A stretch of DNA of 64,000 nt from Desulfuromonadales bacterium (GTDB lineage Bacteria > Desulfobacterota > Desulfuromonadia > Desulfuromonadales > SZUA-540): positions 1 through 64,000 of the forward strand of contig JAWSUS010000017.1 of the NCBI GenBank assembly GCA_033549025.1, given 5' to 3'. This document shows, piece by piece, positions 17,744 to 27,489 of this stretch. The stretch's first letter is position 1; the number at the start of each line of letters is the position of its first letter. The notes under the pieces are model-generated. The model was not told the origin of the DNA. It did not search any database and saw nothing but the letters and a program-made list of their open reading frames with translations. The position numbers and the translations under genes are program-made.

Positions 17744-20700
17744 ATGAAGAGGAGGAGTTTCAAAAGATGGGTGCTGGGGGGGGCGCTGGCGGCTGCCGGC
17801 CTGACCCTGAGTGCCGGTCTGGCGTTTGCCGCGCATCCGCCGGTGACGCTTTACACCTACGAAGAGTTGGCCATGCAGTATGGCATGGACAAGATGCCGG
17901 TCCAGGTTGATCCCAATAACCTGCGCGGCTTCCCCTACAGCCCCAAGCAAACCTGCGGGGGCTGTCACGAATACAATAAGATCTCCGACCATGCCTTCCA
18001 CGCCGCCCTGGGTATGCACGAGTGGCAGGACACGGCGGATGGCGAGTTCAAAATTGATGATCCCAATGTCATCAAACCCTGGGTTCAATCTGGGGCCATG
18101 TGGGGTAAGTGGTGAAGTCCCTCTCTTCGCCAGGTGGCGAACTTCATGGATCAGGACCCCGCAACACCCGCAGTTGATGACAAGTATTATACGGAACAGG
18201 AATTTTTGGCCCAAACCGACCTGACCACTTGGGACATGGCGGTTTACTGTGGTACCTGCCACGTCGGCGGCGGCTTCGGTGAAAAAGACCGCAACGGTGT
18301 GCGCCTCTCAATGAAAAATCCAGCCGGCGGCATGGACCCTGGCGCGGCCGGATACTCTGAGGCAACGCCTTTCAATGCCTACAACCACTATGTGTTCGAG
18401 TTGTTCACCAAGGATACGGGCCTGCCGCAGCATATGGTCGGCCAGGCTCCCTGGGCCTACCCGGTCTATGAGGGCGGCCAACCGGTGACCGCCCCTTCTG
18501 GCTGGGGACAGGCGATGACCATGACCCTGCCCGACGGTTCCTCTATGCCTGTGGCCGACGGTCAGCTCATGATGCCGAACGTCAAGGAGATGGACTGCCT
18601 CTACTGCCACTTCAAAGGCTACAATAATCTCATGGCCTCGGTGATGACCTACAGCGGCGCCCACAATGCGGCCCCCATGGCCGGTTCGGGCCTGATGGAC
18701 ACCAATAGCCTCAGCCCCACCTACCAGGGCTATACCGTCGATGCCGGTAATGGCAAGACCCTGATGGGTGCCCCGGCTATGGTCACCATGGACGCAAACG
18801 GCATCGTCAGCCTGAGCGATTATGCCCTGGGCAACCTGCAGGGCAACCCGGACGAGGCCAACTGCCGTCAGTGTCATGCGCCCAGCTCCCTGGAAGATTT
18901 GCCGGACATGATGCGGGATTTCCTCTCGTCGGCCCCCATGGTCTATACCGGCAACTTCTCCCAGTCCTTTACCGGACTGGCCATGCCGTCCTTCGACTTT
19001 AACGCCCCCTTCGGCAACACCTGGAACTGGACGGAAGCCCCCCTGGGAGCGCCCTATCCGCCGGGTCTGGCCTATCCGACCTCGGGGAAAATTACTGTCG
19101 GCGACGTGATGGCTGGCATGGGGATCATCGGCGGCAACTGGGCCTACATCCCCTCCATCGGCTTCCCGGCCGCCATGGGGCCCACGGTCTACAACACGGG
19201 CATCTTCCCCTTTGGCCCCAACGGCATGCCGGCAGCCGAACTGCTGGATCCCTACGATCCGGCCACCTTCGACTGGTCCGATCCTAACGCCATGCAGATT
19301 CTGATGGCCAAAGAGATCGGTGGCGGCAATCCGGCGGGTACCGGACCTCTCTATTTCGAGGCGCCCCTGCTTGACGCCAGCGGCAACCCAACCGGCTTCA
19401 TGGACCAGAACGCTCTGAAGAAAGGCATCGTGCCTTTCCCCCGCGCCGAGTGGTTCAAGCGTGGCGATCTCTTCGGCAACGCCCAGCAGGAGGTTCACCT
19501 GGCCATGGGCTGCGCAGGCTGCCACATGGACACCAACACCACCAAGATCGACCAGTATGATGCCGATGGCAACATCGTCTTTGACGGCAAGAGCCAGTGC
19601 GACCCCGGTCGCGGTTTCGATGCGGCCAGCGGCGTTGAAAACGGTACGGTGGTCGACGACGTGACGTTCGACTCCAACAACACGGTGAAAAAGTGCGCCG
19701 ACTGTCATGTCACCGGCAAAAACTCCGATGGCATTGCCATCAACACCTTTGGCGCGCCTGATCCTACGGCCGCTCACCAAGCCGCCGGTTTGACCGCCAA
19801 CCTGGTGCAGGCTGTCGGGCCGCAGGGTCTTGTGCCTGGCAACCACCTGGACATCATCGACTGTACGGTCTGCCATGTTTACAAAAAACAGATGGCCGTG
19901 CGCCTGCTCGATTCCACCTCTGGTCATCGTTTCCCGACCATGGTGGGCTTCGACGAGTCCCAGGGCATGCTGGGCATGTTCGACGATCCCTTCGGCATGG
20001 GCATGCCGGCCGGCAGCAATGCCGCCGAATGGCAGCCTCTTTATGTCTGGCAGAAACAAGGGATGTCCGATCAGAACAGCGATCCGAACTGGCGTCGGAA
20101 GATCATGCAGATCAACATGATTACCGCCACGCTGTGGAACAATATCGATTCCACCGTGGATGCCAACGGCGACGGTCAGACCGGGCGTCATGCTTTGACT
20201 TACGACCCCGCCACGGACCCGGCCTACACCGGCATGGTGCAGAAAACCTACTATGATCCCTGGATTCAGCGTGACCTCAAGGCCGGTCTGAACTTCGGTC
20301 CCAGCGGTTTCGCGCCTATCCCGGTTGGTTTCGGCGGCGGCGATTATCAGTCGGCCTATGCGCCGGATGGAACGTTCACCGGTGCCTGGCAGTATGTCGG
20401 TGTCTACGGCGGCAACATCATGTTCTCCACGCCGGAAGAAATCGAAGCCTACAAGGCCTACCGCAATGCCATCGCCCCTGCCGTTGACGGCAAGGATTGG
20501 ACCGACACCGAGCTGCTGCTCGGCGGCGCTCCTTTCATGATCACCCACAACGTACGCAGCACCGATCAGTTCGTGCTGGGCAAAAACTGCAGCGATTGTC
20601 ATGCTGCCGGCAAGGGCTTCTTTGATGGTGGCTTCAACATGACCGGTACCGCCATCAAGGCGACCGCCGGCGGTCAGTTCATGGCCTCCGCCGCAGAGGA

Positions 20701-21541
20701 GATGGTTGTTGTCGCCAAGGCGACTGACCTGACCACGGCCGCTGAGATTGGGACCAAAGACGGTGTTGCCCTGGAAGTTCCCTTCGAAGAGCTGGGCGAC
20801 TGGGATGCTGCCACCAAGACCTTTACGCCGAATCCGACCGGAGCCTACAAGCGGGTGACGGATCTGGACCGCAGCGTGGCTCTTTATCCGGCTGAAGCGT
20901 CCTACACCGCGGCTGACGGCACCACCTATGCCAGCCGTGCCGACTGGGTTGCCTACCTGAATACCCTCAGCAACCCGGCGGCCTTCGGTCTCGGCGTGGA
21001 TCCTGTGGCCGTCTTTTCGGCGCCGACCACCGAGGTTACGGTCAATACGGCCTTTGACTTTGTGGCCGACACCAGTGTCAATACTCAGGGAACCTTCGCC
21101 TACTCCTGGCTGATCAACGACGGCAACGGCACGACCCTGACCGGCGCTACCGCCAGCCACACCTTCACCACGACCGGCAGCTTCCTGGTGACGCTGTATG
21201 TCGAGGACGAGGAGGGCAAACGCGCCGCTGACTCCAAGTACGTCAAGGTTGTAGCGCCGGCCCCTGACACCACCATCAGCTACAGTCAGATTGCCGGTAC
21301 CAATAGTGCGGAAGTCACCTTCGGCAACATGCCGACCCACACCCGCCTGCTGCTCTACTGGGGCGACGGGACCTACCAGTGGGTGACGGATGATCAGACG
21401 GATCTGACGGTGACCAAGGCGTTCCGGGCCGTGTCGACCTATGACAAGGGGACCTACTACCAGTACCTGACCCGTGTCTATGTCTACAACGGCAGCACCC
21501 GCGTCGACTACAAGACCGCCACGATCACGCTGAATAAATAA
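17744..21541 (+). CDS. Selenocysteine-containing octaheme cytochrome c (OTR-like) with C-terminal PKD domain, paralog 2; 1265 aa, Sec124 at TGA 18113-18115
   Basis: Same-frame ORFs separated only by TGA (GKW-U-SPSLRQVANF); SECIS-like hairpin 18126-18141; 1+7 CxxCH; ATG 17744 after AAAGGA; signal peptide ending AFA. Confidence 0.85.
18126..18141 (+). promoter_or_regulatory. Bacterial SECIS-like hairpin 2
   Basis: TTCGCC-AGGT-GGCGAA, 10 nt after TGA; terminal pair T-A versus C-G in paralog (compensatory). Confidence 0.8.
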
Positions 21542-21545
21542 CCAT
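20978..21545 (+). repeat. Direct repeat copy 2 (PKD plus C-terminal domain)
   Basis: Near-identical to 14373-14940. Confidence 0.95.
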
Positions 21546-21775
21546 TAACCCTGACCGGGCCCGGCTTGCGCCGGGCCCGCTAAATGCCTGTAACTGTCGT
21601 GCAATGACGATGCGCCCGGATCCAATTCCGGGCTTTTTTCCTGAGACGGCCACTGCTGGTTTGGAACGACTGCAATGGAATGGTTTTTGTATATCATTCA
21701 CGACAAAATCGTCATGGCTTTTTCGCTGTGTGTTCTGTCGCGTGATGTCCCTTTTTCCACTTTGAGTAGGGTTCT

Positions 21776-22618
21776 ATGAAATGGTTTGTCTGCCTCCTGC
21801 TGCTTGGATTCGGGGTTCTGCTTCCGGCGGTCGGGCAGAGCGCCAGCCAAAAAGGTGAATTCAGCGGGAGTCTCACGGCTGGCGGGTATTTCCCTGATGG
21901 CGGCCGCCATGCAGGCGATTCGGTTCTTTATGGAATCAAGCTGGGCTATACATTGCCCGGACGCTCTCTTGTTCAAACGCTGGCCCTGGAGGTTGACTTC
22001 TCGCGGATGGAGGTTCGTGCCGACACAGACAGCGACCAGGGGCATGGTGGGCGTCTCGATGTCCTCTACTCTTTGCGTCAGGGGGGCGATTTTTGTCCCT
22101 TTCTGGCTTTGGGGGCGGGAGTGCTCGATCCCCCTGGTTCTATGGGGGCTGATTTTGTCGTGGCTTACGGGGGAGGGGCTGTTTATCGGCTCAGCCCTTT
22201 GTTCGGTCTGCGGACCGATGTGCGGCATCTTCTGCCCATGACAACGGACCGCTACAATGATTTTACGGCCACCGCCGGGGTGGCGATTCGCTTAAGCGGT
22301 TCGCCGGCTGAACAAAAGCGACTCCCCAAAGACGCCGACAAGGATGGCGTACCGGATGGCCGGGATCGCTGCCCCGATACGCCACGTACTCTTACGGTGG
22401 ATCGCCACGGATGTCCGGATAATCCGCCCGACAGCGATGCCGATGGTGTCGCGGATTATCTCGACAGTTGTCCTGATACGCCCAAAGGCGCTTCCGTCGA
22501 TGCGAAAGGCTGCCTGAAAGACACCGATCGTGATGGTGTCCCCGATACAGAGGATAAGTGTCCGGATAATCCCCCAGGTTTGCCTGTCGACGAGCGTGGC
22601 TGTGTTCGCCTCGACTGA
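21776..22618 (+). CDS. OmpA/OprF-type 8-stranded beta-barrel with thrombospondin type-3-like repeats, no C-terminal peptidoglycan-binding domain
   Basis: Signal peptide, barrel strands, three DxDxDGVxDxxDxCPxxP...VDxxGC repeats, then stop. Confidence 0.8.
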   Translation: MKWFVCLLLLGFGVLLPAVGQSASQKGEFSGSLTAGGYFPDGGRHAGDSVLYGIKLGYTLPGRSLVQTLALEVDFSRMEVRADTDSDQGHGGRLDVLYSLRQGGDFCPFLALGAGVLDPPGSMGADFVVAYGGGAVYRLSPLFGLRTDVRHLLPMTTDRYNDFTATAGVAIRLSGSPAEQKRLPKDADKDGVPDGRDRCPDTPRTLTVDRHGCPDNPPDSDADGVADYLDSCPDTPKGASVDAKGCLKDTDRDGVPDTEDKCPDNPPGLPVDERGCVRLD

Positions 22619-22637
22619 AACGATTCGTCCTTAACCG

Positions 22638-23468
22638 GTGGCTCCCGATGCGGATGGTTCAGTGTCTAAGTTGAAACGTTACCGCCTGATTCTGATGCTC
22701 TGCACTACCGGGGTGCTGCTGCTGGTTTCCTTTCTGTGGGGAAGAGGGCAGGTGCATGACTTTACGAACCGCTGCGAATCCTGTCATCTGACGTTCACTG
22801 ATGACGGAATGCCTGGCAAATATACCCGGAATATCGATTTCCTCTGCATCGAGTGCCATCGCGTGTCCGCGGCGTATTCCCACCCCACCGGCATGGTTCC
22901 ATCATTCGATGTGCCCGCTGAACTGTCTCTGGACTGGTCGGGACGCATGACCTGTGCAACCTGCCATGATCCTCATGGTGAACAGGTCATGGGAGGGGGC
23001 GACCTGCTGCGGACGAAATACCGGGGTAAGCTTTTCTGCCAGCAATGCCACAATTACGCTTTGCCGGCCGAAGGGCGGCACGGCGGCACCGGGGGGCGGG
23101 CTCACTTTGGCGGCGAAACGTCCACCGATCCGGGGAGATGGTCCCGACTCCTTGATGCGGTATCCGCCGAATGTCTGGCCTGTCATGACGGGGTGGTCGC
23201 TTCGGCCACTTCCTATCGGGTTGGGGAGGAAGACGAGTCGATAACCTACAGTCAGCGGAAGCTCTCGCATCCCATCGGTATCGATTATGGCCGGGCCGCG
23301 ATGCGGGACCGGGAGTTGCGGTCGCCAGAGGCCCTGGCGCCTTATGTCACACTTTTTGAAGGCAAAATCGGCTGTGGCTCTTGCCATAATGTCTTTTCCC
23401 GGGAGAAAAATCTTTTGGTGGTCAACGACAGAGGCAGTTCTCTCTGTTTTGAATGCCATATCAAATGA
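22638..23468 (+). CDS. Heptaheme cytochrome c
   Basis: N-terminal hydrophobic segment; 7 CxxCH; SHP...CxxCH units; start uncertain. Confidence 0.88.
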   Translation: MAPDADGSVSKLKRYRLILMLCTTGVLLLVSFLWGRGQVHDFTNRCESCHLTFTDDGMPGKYTRNIDFLCIECHRVSAAYSHPTGMVPSFDVPAELSLDWSGRMTCATCHDPHGEQVMGGGDLLRTKYRGKLFCQQCHNYALPAEGRHGGTGGRAHFGGETSTDPGRWSRLLDAVSAECLACHDGVVASATSYRVGEEDESITYSQRKLSHPIGIDYGRAAMRDRELRSPEALAPYVTLFEGKIGCGSCHNVFSREKNLLVVNDRGSSLCFECHIK

Positions 23469-23501
23469 TTCAGAGCGCTCTTCATCGGATTGGAGTTGTT
23501 T

Positions 23502-24527
23502 ATGTCCTTCAGTTATCTCAATGCGTTAAAATGTCTGCTGATTATTGGTTTTTTTCTGCTGTTTACTTCCCAGACTGTCATGGGAGACGAGAGTGTGGTC
23601 GCCAGAGTCGGAGGCATTCCGATTACCACTTTCGAGCTTAAACGGCAGGTCAGTCGCATTCTGCCCCTGAATTCCAGTTATCATGGCGGCGTTTCCCGAG
23701 AAAAGCTCGAAGAAATCGAGGAAAAAGCTTTGGGCGAACTGATTGAGCAGGCCATGAAGGTCCGTTACGCTTTGGATAATGAAATCGTGGTTTCATCGGC
23801 GGAACTGGAGGCGCGCCTTCAACCGGTCTGGGAAAAATTTCCGACGCCAGAATTGCTTGGCGAGGCCTTGCAGGGAGAGAGCGTGTCGGCCTTGCGGGCC
23901 TCTGTGTACCGGGGATTGATCGCTAAAAAAGCTGAGAAGGTCGCCATTGCCCAGCAGGTCAATGTGCCGGAGGCAGAGGTCAAGGACTTTTATCAGACCA
24001 ACAGCCAGCGTTTTTTCAGACCCCGCATGTTTCGGGCCAGCCAGATCTTTATCAAGGTTGATCCGCGGCTGACCCCGGAGCAGAAACGCCCTTTTCTGGA
24101 GAAGGCTCGAGATCTTGCGGAGCGGGGCAAGGCCGGTGAAGATTTTTACAATCTGGCTTACTACAACTCCGATGATGAAAAGCGCTACGTGGGAGGGGAT
24201 CTGGGGTTCTTTCACGAAGGCCAGCTAATCGCCGATATTGAAAGGGCAGTCGTCCAGATGCAGGACGGCGAAGTCTCCGACCCGGTCGAATCGATTTACG
24301 GCTACCATGTTCTCAAGCTTGTGGAGATCAAGGACCCTGTACAACTTTCCTACGATGAAAAAAAAGACGATATCCGCCGCGAACTGGAGCAGCAGAGATA
24401 CGAAACCCTGTATGCGGCCTGGATGACTGCTCTGCGCGATGCCTGCAAGGTGGAAAGAATCGAGAAGCCTGTGGCTTCAGTCCCGGAAATTCAAGGCCCA
24501 GAGGAAAAGAAGACCCGTTCTTTGTGA
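23502..24527 (+). CDS. SurA/PrsA-like parvulin (PpiC) peptidyl-prolyl isomerase
   Basis: VVARVGG.PIT; ASQIFIK...GEDFYNLA..NSDD...GGDLGF...GEVSDPVES.YGYHVLK; RBS GGAG. Confidence 0.9.
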   Translation: MSFSYLNALKCLLIIGFFLLFTSQTVMGDESVVARVGGIPITTFELKRQVSRILPLNSSYHGGVSREKLEEIEEKALGELIEQAMKVRYALDNEIVVSSAELEARLQPVWEKFPTPELLGEALQGESVSALRASVYRGLIAKKAEKVAIAQQVNVPEAEVKDFYQTNSQRFFRPRMFRASQIFIKVDPRLTPEQKRPFLEKARDLAERGKAGEDFYNLAYYNSDDEKRYVGGDLGFFHEGQLIADIERAVVQMQDGEVSDPVESIYGYHVLKLVEIKDPVQLSYDEKKDDIRRELEQQRYETLYAAWMTALRDACKVERIEKPVASVPEIQGPEEKKTRSL

Positions 24528-24807
24528 AAACGTCATTTGAATCTCGCGGTGGGCATTTGACCACTTTGGGTCGCAGACAGAAGACACACTTTTTCCAAAT
24601 ACCCCATCGGCGACCATAGCTAGAGCGCGTTTCTGGCGGTAAAAATTGCGTTTTAATCCCAGTGAAAAATACTTAATTTCTTCATAAAACCAGTTATTTA
24701 AGGCTTTTGTCTCCTTTTCAGTCGAGGTTAGGGGAAAATAATGGCCGGACGACGAGAAGGGGCCCGTTTTTTGCTTTTTTAATGTTTGTACCATCGCACA
24801 ACTGTCG

Positions 24808-24890
24808 CCTGACCGAAAAGAGCAAAGCCAGAGAGATCTGGTGACGCAAAGCCACGGATCCGATACAGGACAGCCGGGTTGCCGAAGAGG
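24808..24890 (+). ncRNA. GEMM-I (c-di-GMP-I family) riboswitch, A20 variant predicted to bind 3',3'-cGAMP
   Basis: GAGCAAA-GCCAGA-GAGA-TCTGGT-GACGCAAAGCCACGG...ACAGCCGGGTTGCCGAA matches the GEMM-I core; downstream terminator. Confidence 0.88.
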
Positions 24891-24927
24891 GTGTATAGCT
24901 TCCCAGGATTCGTTATGGACTGACCAT

Positions 24928-24963
24928 AACGCCCACCTTCGGTTTATAGGTGGGCGTTTTTTT
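24928..24963 (+). terminator. Riboswitch expression-platform terminator
   Basis: AACGCCCACCT...AGGTGGGCGTT plus T run, located between aptamer and ATG 25010. Confidence 0.85.
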
Positions 24964-25009
24964 AATGCTTGTTGTGACCTCGCCATAATCCATTCAGGAA
25001 GAGAAGGTC

Positions 25010-27307
25010 ATGAAATTGCGTTGGAAACATTTTCTGCTGGTTGGTCTGGCCGTTCTTCTGCTGAACCTGGCCCTCATTATGGCCTCCAGGGGGCTCCCCC
25101 AGGGGGGAGCCGGGACGATTCGCTATTTTCTGCACTGGAACTTTTTGCTCACCCTGGTTTTCGGCCTGACGACCTGCGGCATTTTGGCCAAGTTGTCCCT
25201 GGTGCGGCGAAAACGGCGGGAAATTGAGGCCCAGTGCCACACCCTGGTCGAAAACCTCGGTCTCGGGGTTTCTCTTGTAGATGAACATTTCAACATTCTG
25301 ATGACCAATTCGGCCATCGGGCGTATTTTTGATAAGGACGTCAATAGCCTGGTCGGCCGCCCCTGTTTTCGCGAATTAAAGGGCCGGAAAAAACCTTGCA
25401 CCGATTGCCCGGGCGCTATTGCCTTAAGCACCGGCAGTCCCGCTGCGGAGGAAATAGTCGGTCATCATGTCGATGGGTCTCCCCGTGTTATGCGAGTGCA
25501 GGCCTTTCCTGTTTTTGACCCCGCCGGCCGAGCGCACCGTTTTATTGAAATTGTCGAGGACATAACAGCCTACAAAGAAGCCCAACGCGCCCTGCGAGAG
25601 TCGAACCAGTTGGCCAAGACGGTGCTCAACAGTATCCGCGATGGCGTGGCGATCATCGATACCGCTGATTATTCTTTCACTGCTGTTAATCGGGTTTTTC
25701 TGGAAAATGTCGGCCTGCGCGAGGAAGAGGTCGTCGGCCGCTCCTGTTACGAACTGCTGCCGCAGAAACCTTTATCTTATCCTTCCCAGGATGCCTTCTG
25801 CCCTATAGAGGAAAGCGAAAAGAGTGGTGCCCACGCCCAGGCCGATTACTCTGTAACAGATGCCAAGGGGGTTATCCGCCACCTGGAGGTCTTTACCTCG
25901 CCGATCAAAAATGACTCTGGTAAGGTGATCCAGGTGGTCTGGGTGGCTCGGGATGTGTCGGAGCGCAAAAGGGCCGAGCAGGAAATTCGCCACCTCGCCT
26001 ATCACGACGCCCTGACCGGACTGCCCAACCGCAGTCGCCTGGAAGAACGGCTGGAGCAGCTTTTTGCCCAGGGACAGCCCGGCAGTCAGCAATTGGCCAT
26101 GCTGTTTCTCGACCTGGACCGTTTTAAAAAAGTCAATGACACCTTCGGTCATGCCATGGGGGATCTGCTTCTCAAATCGGTGTCCCGACGTCTGCGGGCC
26201 AGTGTGAGGGAAGGGGATATGGTCGCTCGGCTTGGCGGCGATGAATTCGTCGTTCTGCTGGTGAGGACCAAAAATCGCCAGGAAGTGGAAACCGTGGCCC
26301 GCAAGATTCTGGAAGTCATTTCGGCGCCCTTCTATCTGGAGGGGCAGAAAATATATATCACGACAAGTATCGGCGTTGCCTTGTGCCCGCAGGATGGTCA
26401 GGAAGGGGACCTCTTAAAGAAGAGTGCCGACATGGCCATGTATGCCGCCAAGGAAAAAGGCCGCAATGCCTACCACTTTTATTCCGAACACATGGGACGG
26501 CAGGCCAAAGAGCGCCATCAGGTCGAGCAGGAGCTCCGTCGCGGTCTGGAGGACAGGCAGTTTTACCTGGTCTACCAGCCCCAGTTTGATTTGCGTACCG
26601 GTCAACTCACAGGTGTCGAAGCCCTGCTGCGCTGGCGGCATCCCCAGCGCGGGGATATCTCTCCCCTGCAGTTTCTGCGCTCAGCAGAAGAAACCAACCT
26701 CATTCGTCCGCTGGGAGAATGGGTGCTTGAAACCGCCTGTGCCCAGAACAAGTCATGGCAGGATGAGGGATTTCCCCCCGTACGGGTTTCCGTTAACCTG
26801 TCGAGCCACCATTTCCGTGACCCGGATTTTGGGCAGTTCGTGCGGGAGGCGCTGCTGCGAACGGGGTTAAACCCCCGCTATCTGGGGCTGGAGCTGGCGG
26901 AAAGTGTGCTCATGGAAAATGCCGAGTCCCTCACCCGTATTCTTCAGGACTTGAAAGACCAGGAAATTCAATTGACCGTCGATACCTTTGATACGGGCTA
27001 CGCCCCCTTGCGTTATCTCAAACATTTCCCCATTGATCGGGTCAAACTTTCCCATAGCGCGGTCGAAACCCTGTTTGTCGGTCAGGATCATAAAAAACAC
27101 TTCGAGGAGATGATTTACAAGGCGCGGCAGCTCAATCTCGATATTGTTGCCGGGGGCATCGAAACGATGGAGCAGATCGATCAACTGACGAGCCTGCACT
27201 GCTTCACCATGCAGGGCTACTACCTTGAACGCCCCCTGGGCGCCGCGGAAATGCCAAGGGTGTTCAGGGGAGGTCTTTTTCAAGGGCGTCTGGCCGCCCA
27301 ATCCTGA
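25010..27307 (+). CDS. Membrane-anchored PAS-PAS-GGDEF-EAL protein (intact GGDEF, degenerate EAL)
   Basis: 2 TM; DLDRFKKVNDTFGHAMGD; REGD I-site; RLGGDEF; VEALLRW but DTFDTGY and AGGIE. Confidence 0.93.
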   Translation: MKLRWKHFLLVGLAVLLLNLALIMASRGLPQGGAGTIRYFLHWNFLLTLVFGLTTCGILAKLSLVRRKRREIEAQCHTLVENLGLGVSLVDEHFNILMTNSAIGRIFDKDVNSLVGRPCFRELKGRKKPCTDCPGAIALSTGSPAAEEIVGHHVDGSPRVMRVQAFPVFDPAGRAHRFIEIVEDITAYKEAQRALRESNQLAKTVLNSIRDGVAIIDTADYSFTAVNRVFLENVGLREEEVVGRSCYELLPQKPLSYPSQDAFCPIEESEKSGAHAQADYSVTDAKGVIRHLEVFTSPIKNDSGKVIQVVWVARDVSERKRAEQEIRHLAYHDALTGLPNRSRLEERLEQLFAQGQPGSQQLAMLFLDLDRFKKVNDTFGHAMGDLLLKSVSRRLRASVREGDMVARLGGDEFVVLLVRTKNRQEVETVARKILEVISAPFYLEGQKIYITTSIGVALCPQDGQEGDLLKKSADMAMYAAKEKGRNAYHFYSEHMGRQAKERHQVEQELRRGLEDRQFYLVYQPQFDLRTGQLTGVEALLRWRHPQRGDISPLQFLRSAEETNLIRPLGEWVLETACAQNKSWQDEGFPPVRVSVNLSSHHFRDPDFGQFVREALLRTGLNPRYLGLELAESVLMENAESLTRILQDLKDQEIQLTVDTFDTGYAPLRYLKHFPIDRVKLSHSAVETLFVGQDHKKHFEEMIYKARQLNLDIVAGGIETMEQIDQLTSLHCFTMQGYYLERPLGAAEMPRVFRGGLFQGRLAAQS

Positions 27308-27489
27308 TAAACTCCGCCATCTTTCCCAGAACGTCCTGAAGCAGATAAGTCTTGAATTCAGCGCAAAATATAGATATTGTGAGTCGGCTATTTTACGGCA
27401 GGCTCCCGGAGTTTGCCGAAGACAGACGCAGGCGATTCTCTGGTATGTGGCCTGCGTGGAAGAATCAAAACGCTGAAGGAGGCATGTTG

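Noticed and set aside
17744..17830. Tat-like MKRRSFK signal on selenocytochrome 2
   Set aside because: c-type hemes are attached after export, and paralog 1 has no twin-Arg motif; most likely a basic n-region of an ordinary signal peptide.
18308..21340. 1010-aa minus-strand ORF
   Set aside because: Antisense shadow of the strongly codon-biased cytochrome gene, with no motifs; the same applies to the many other antisense ORFs in the track.
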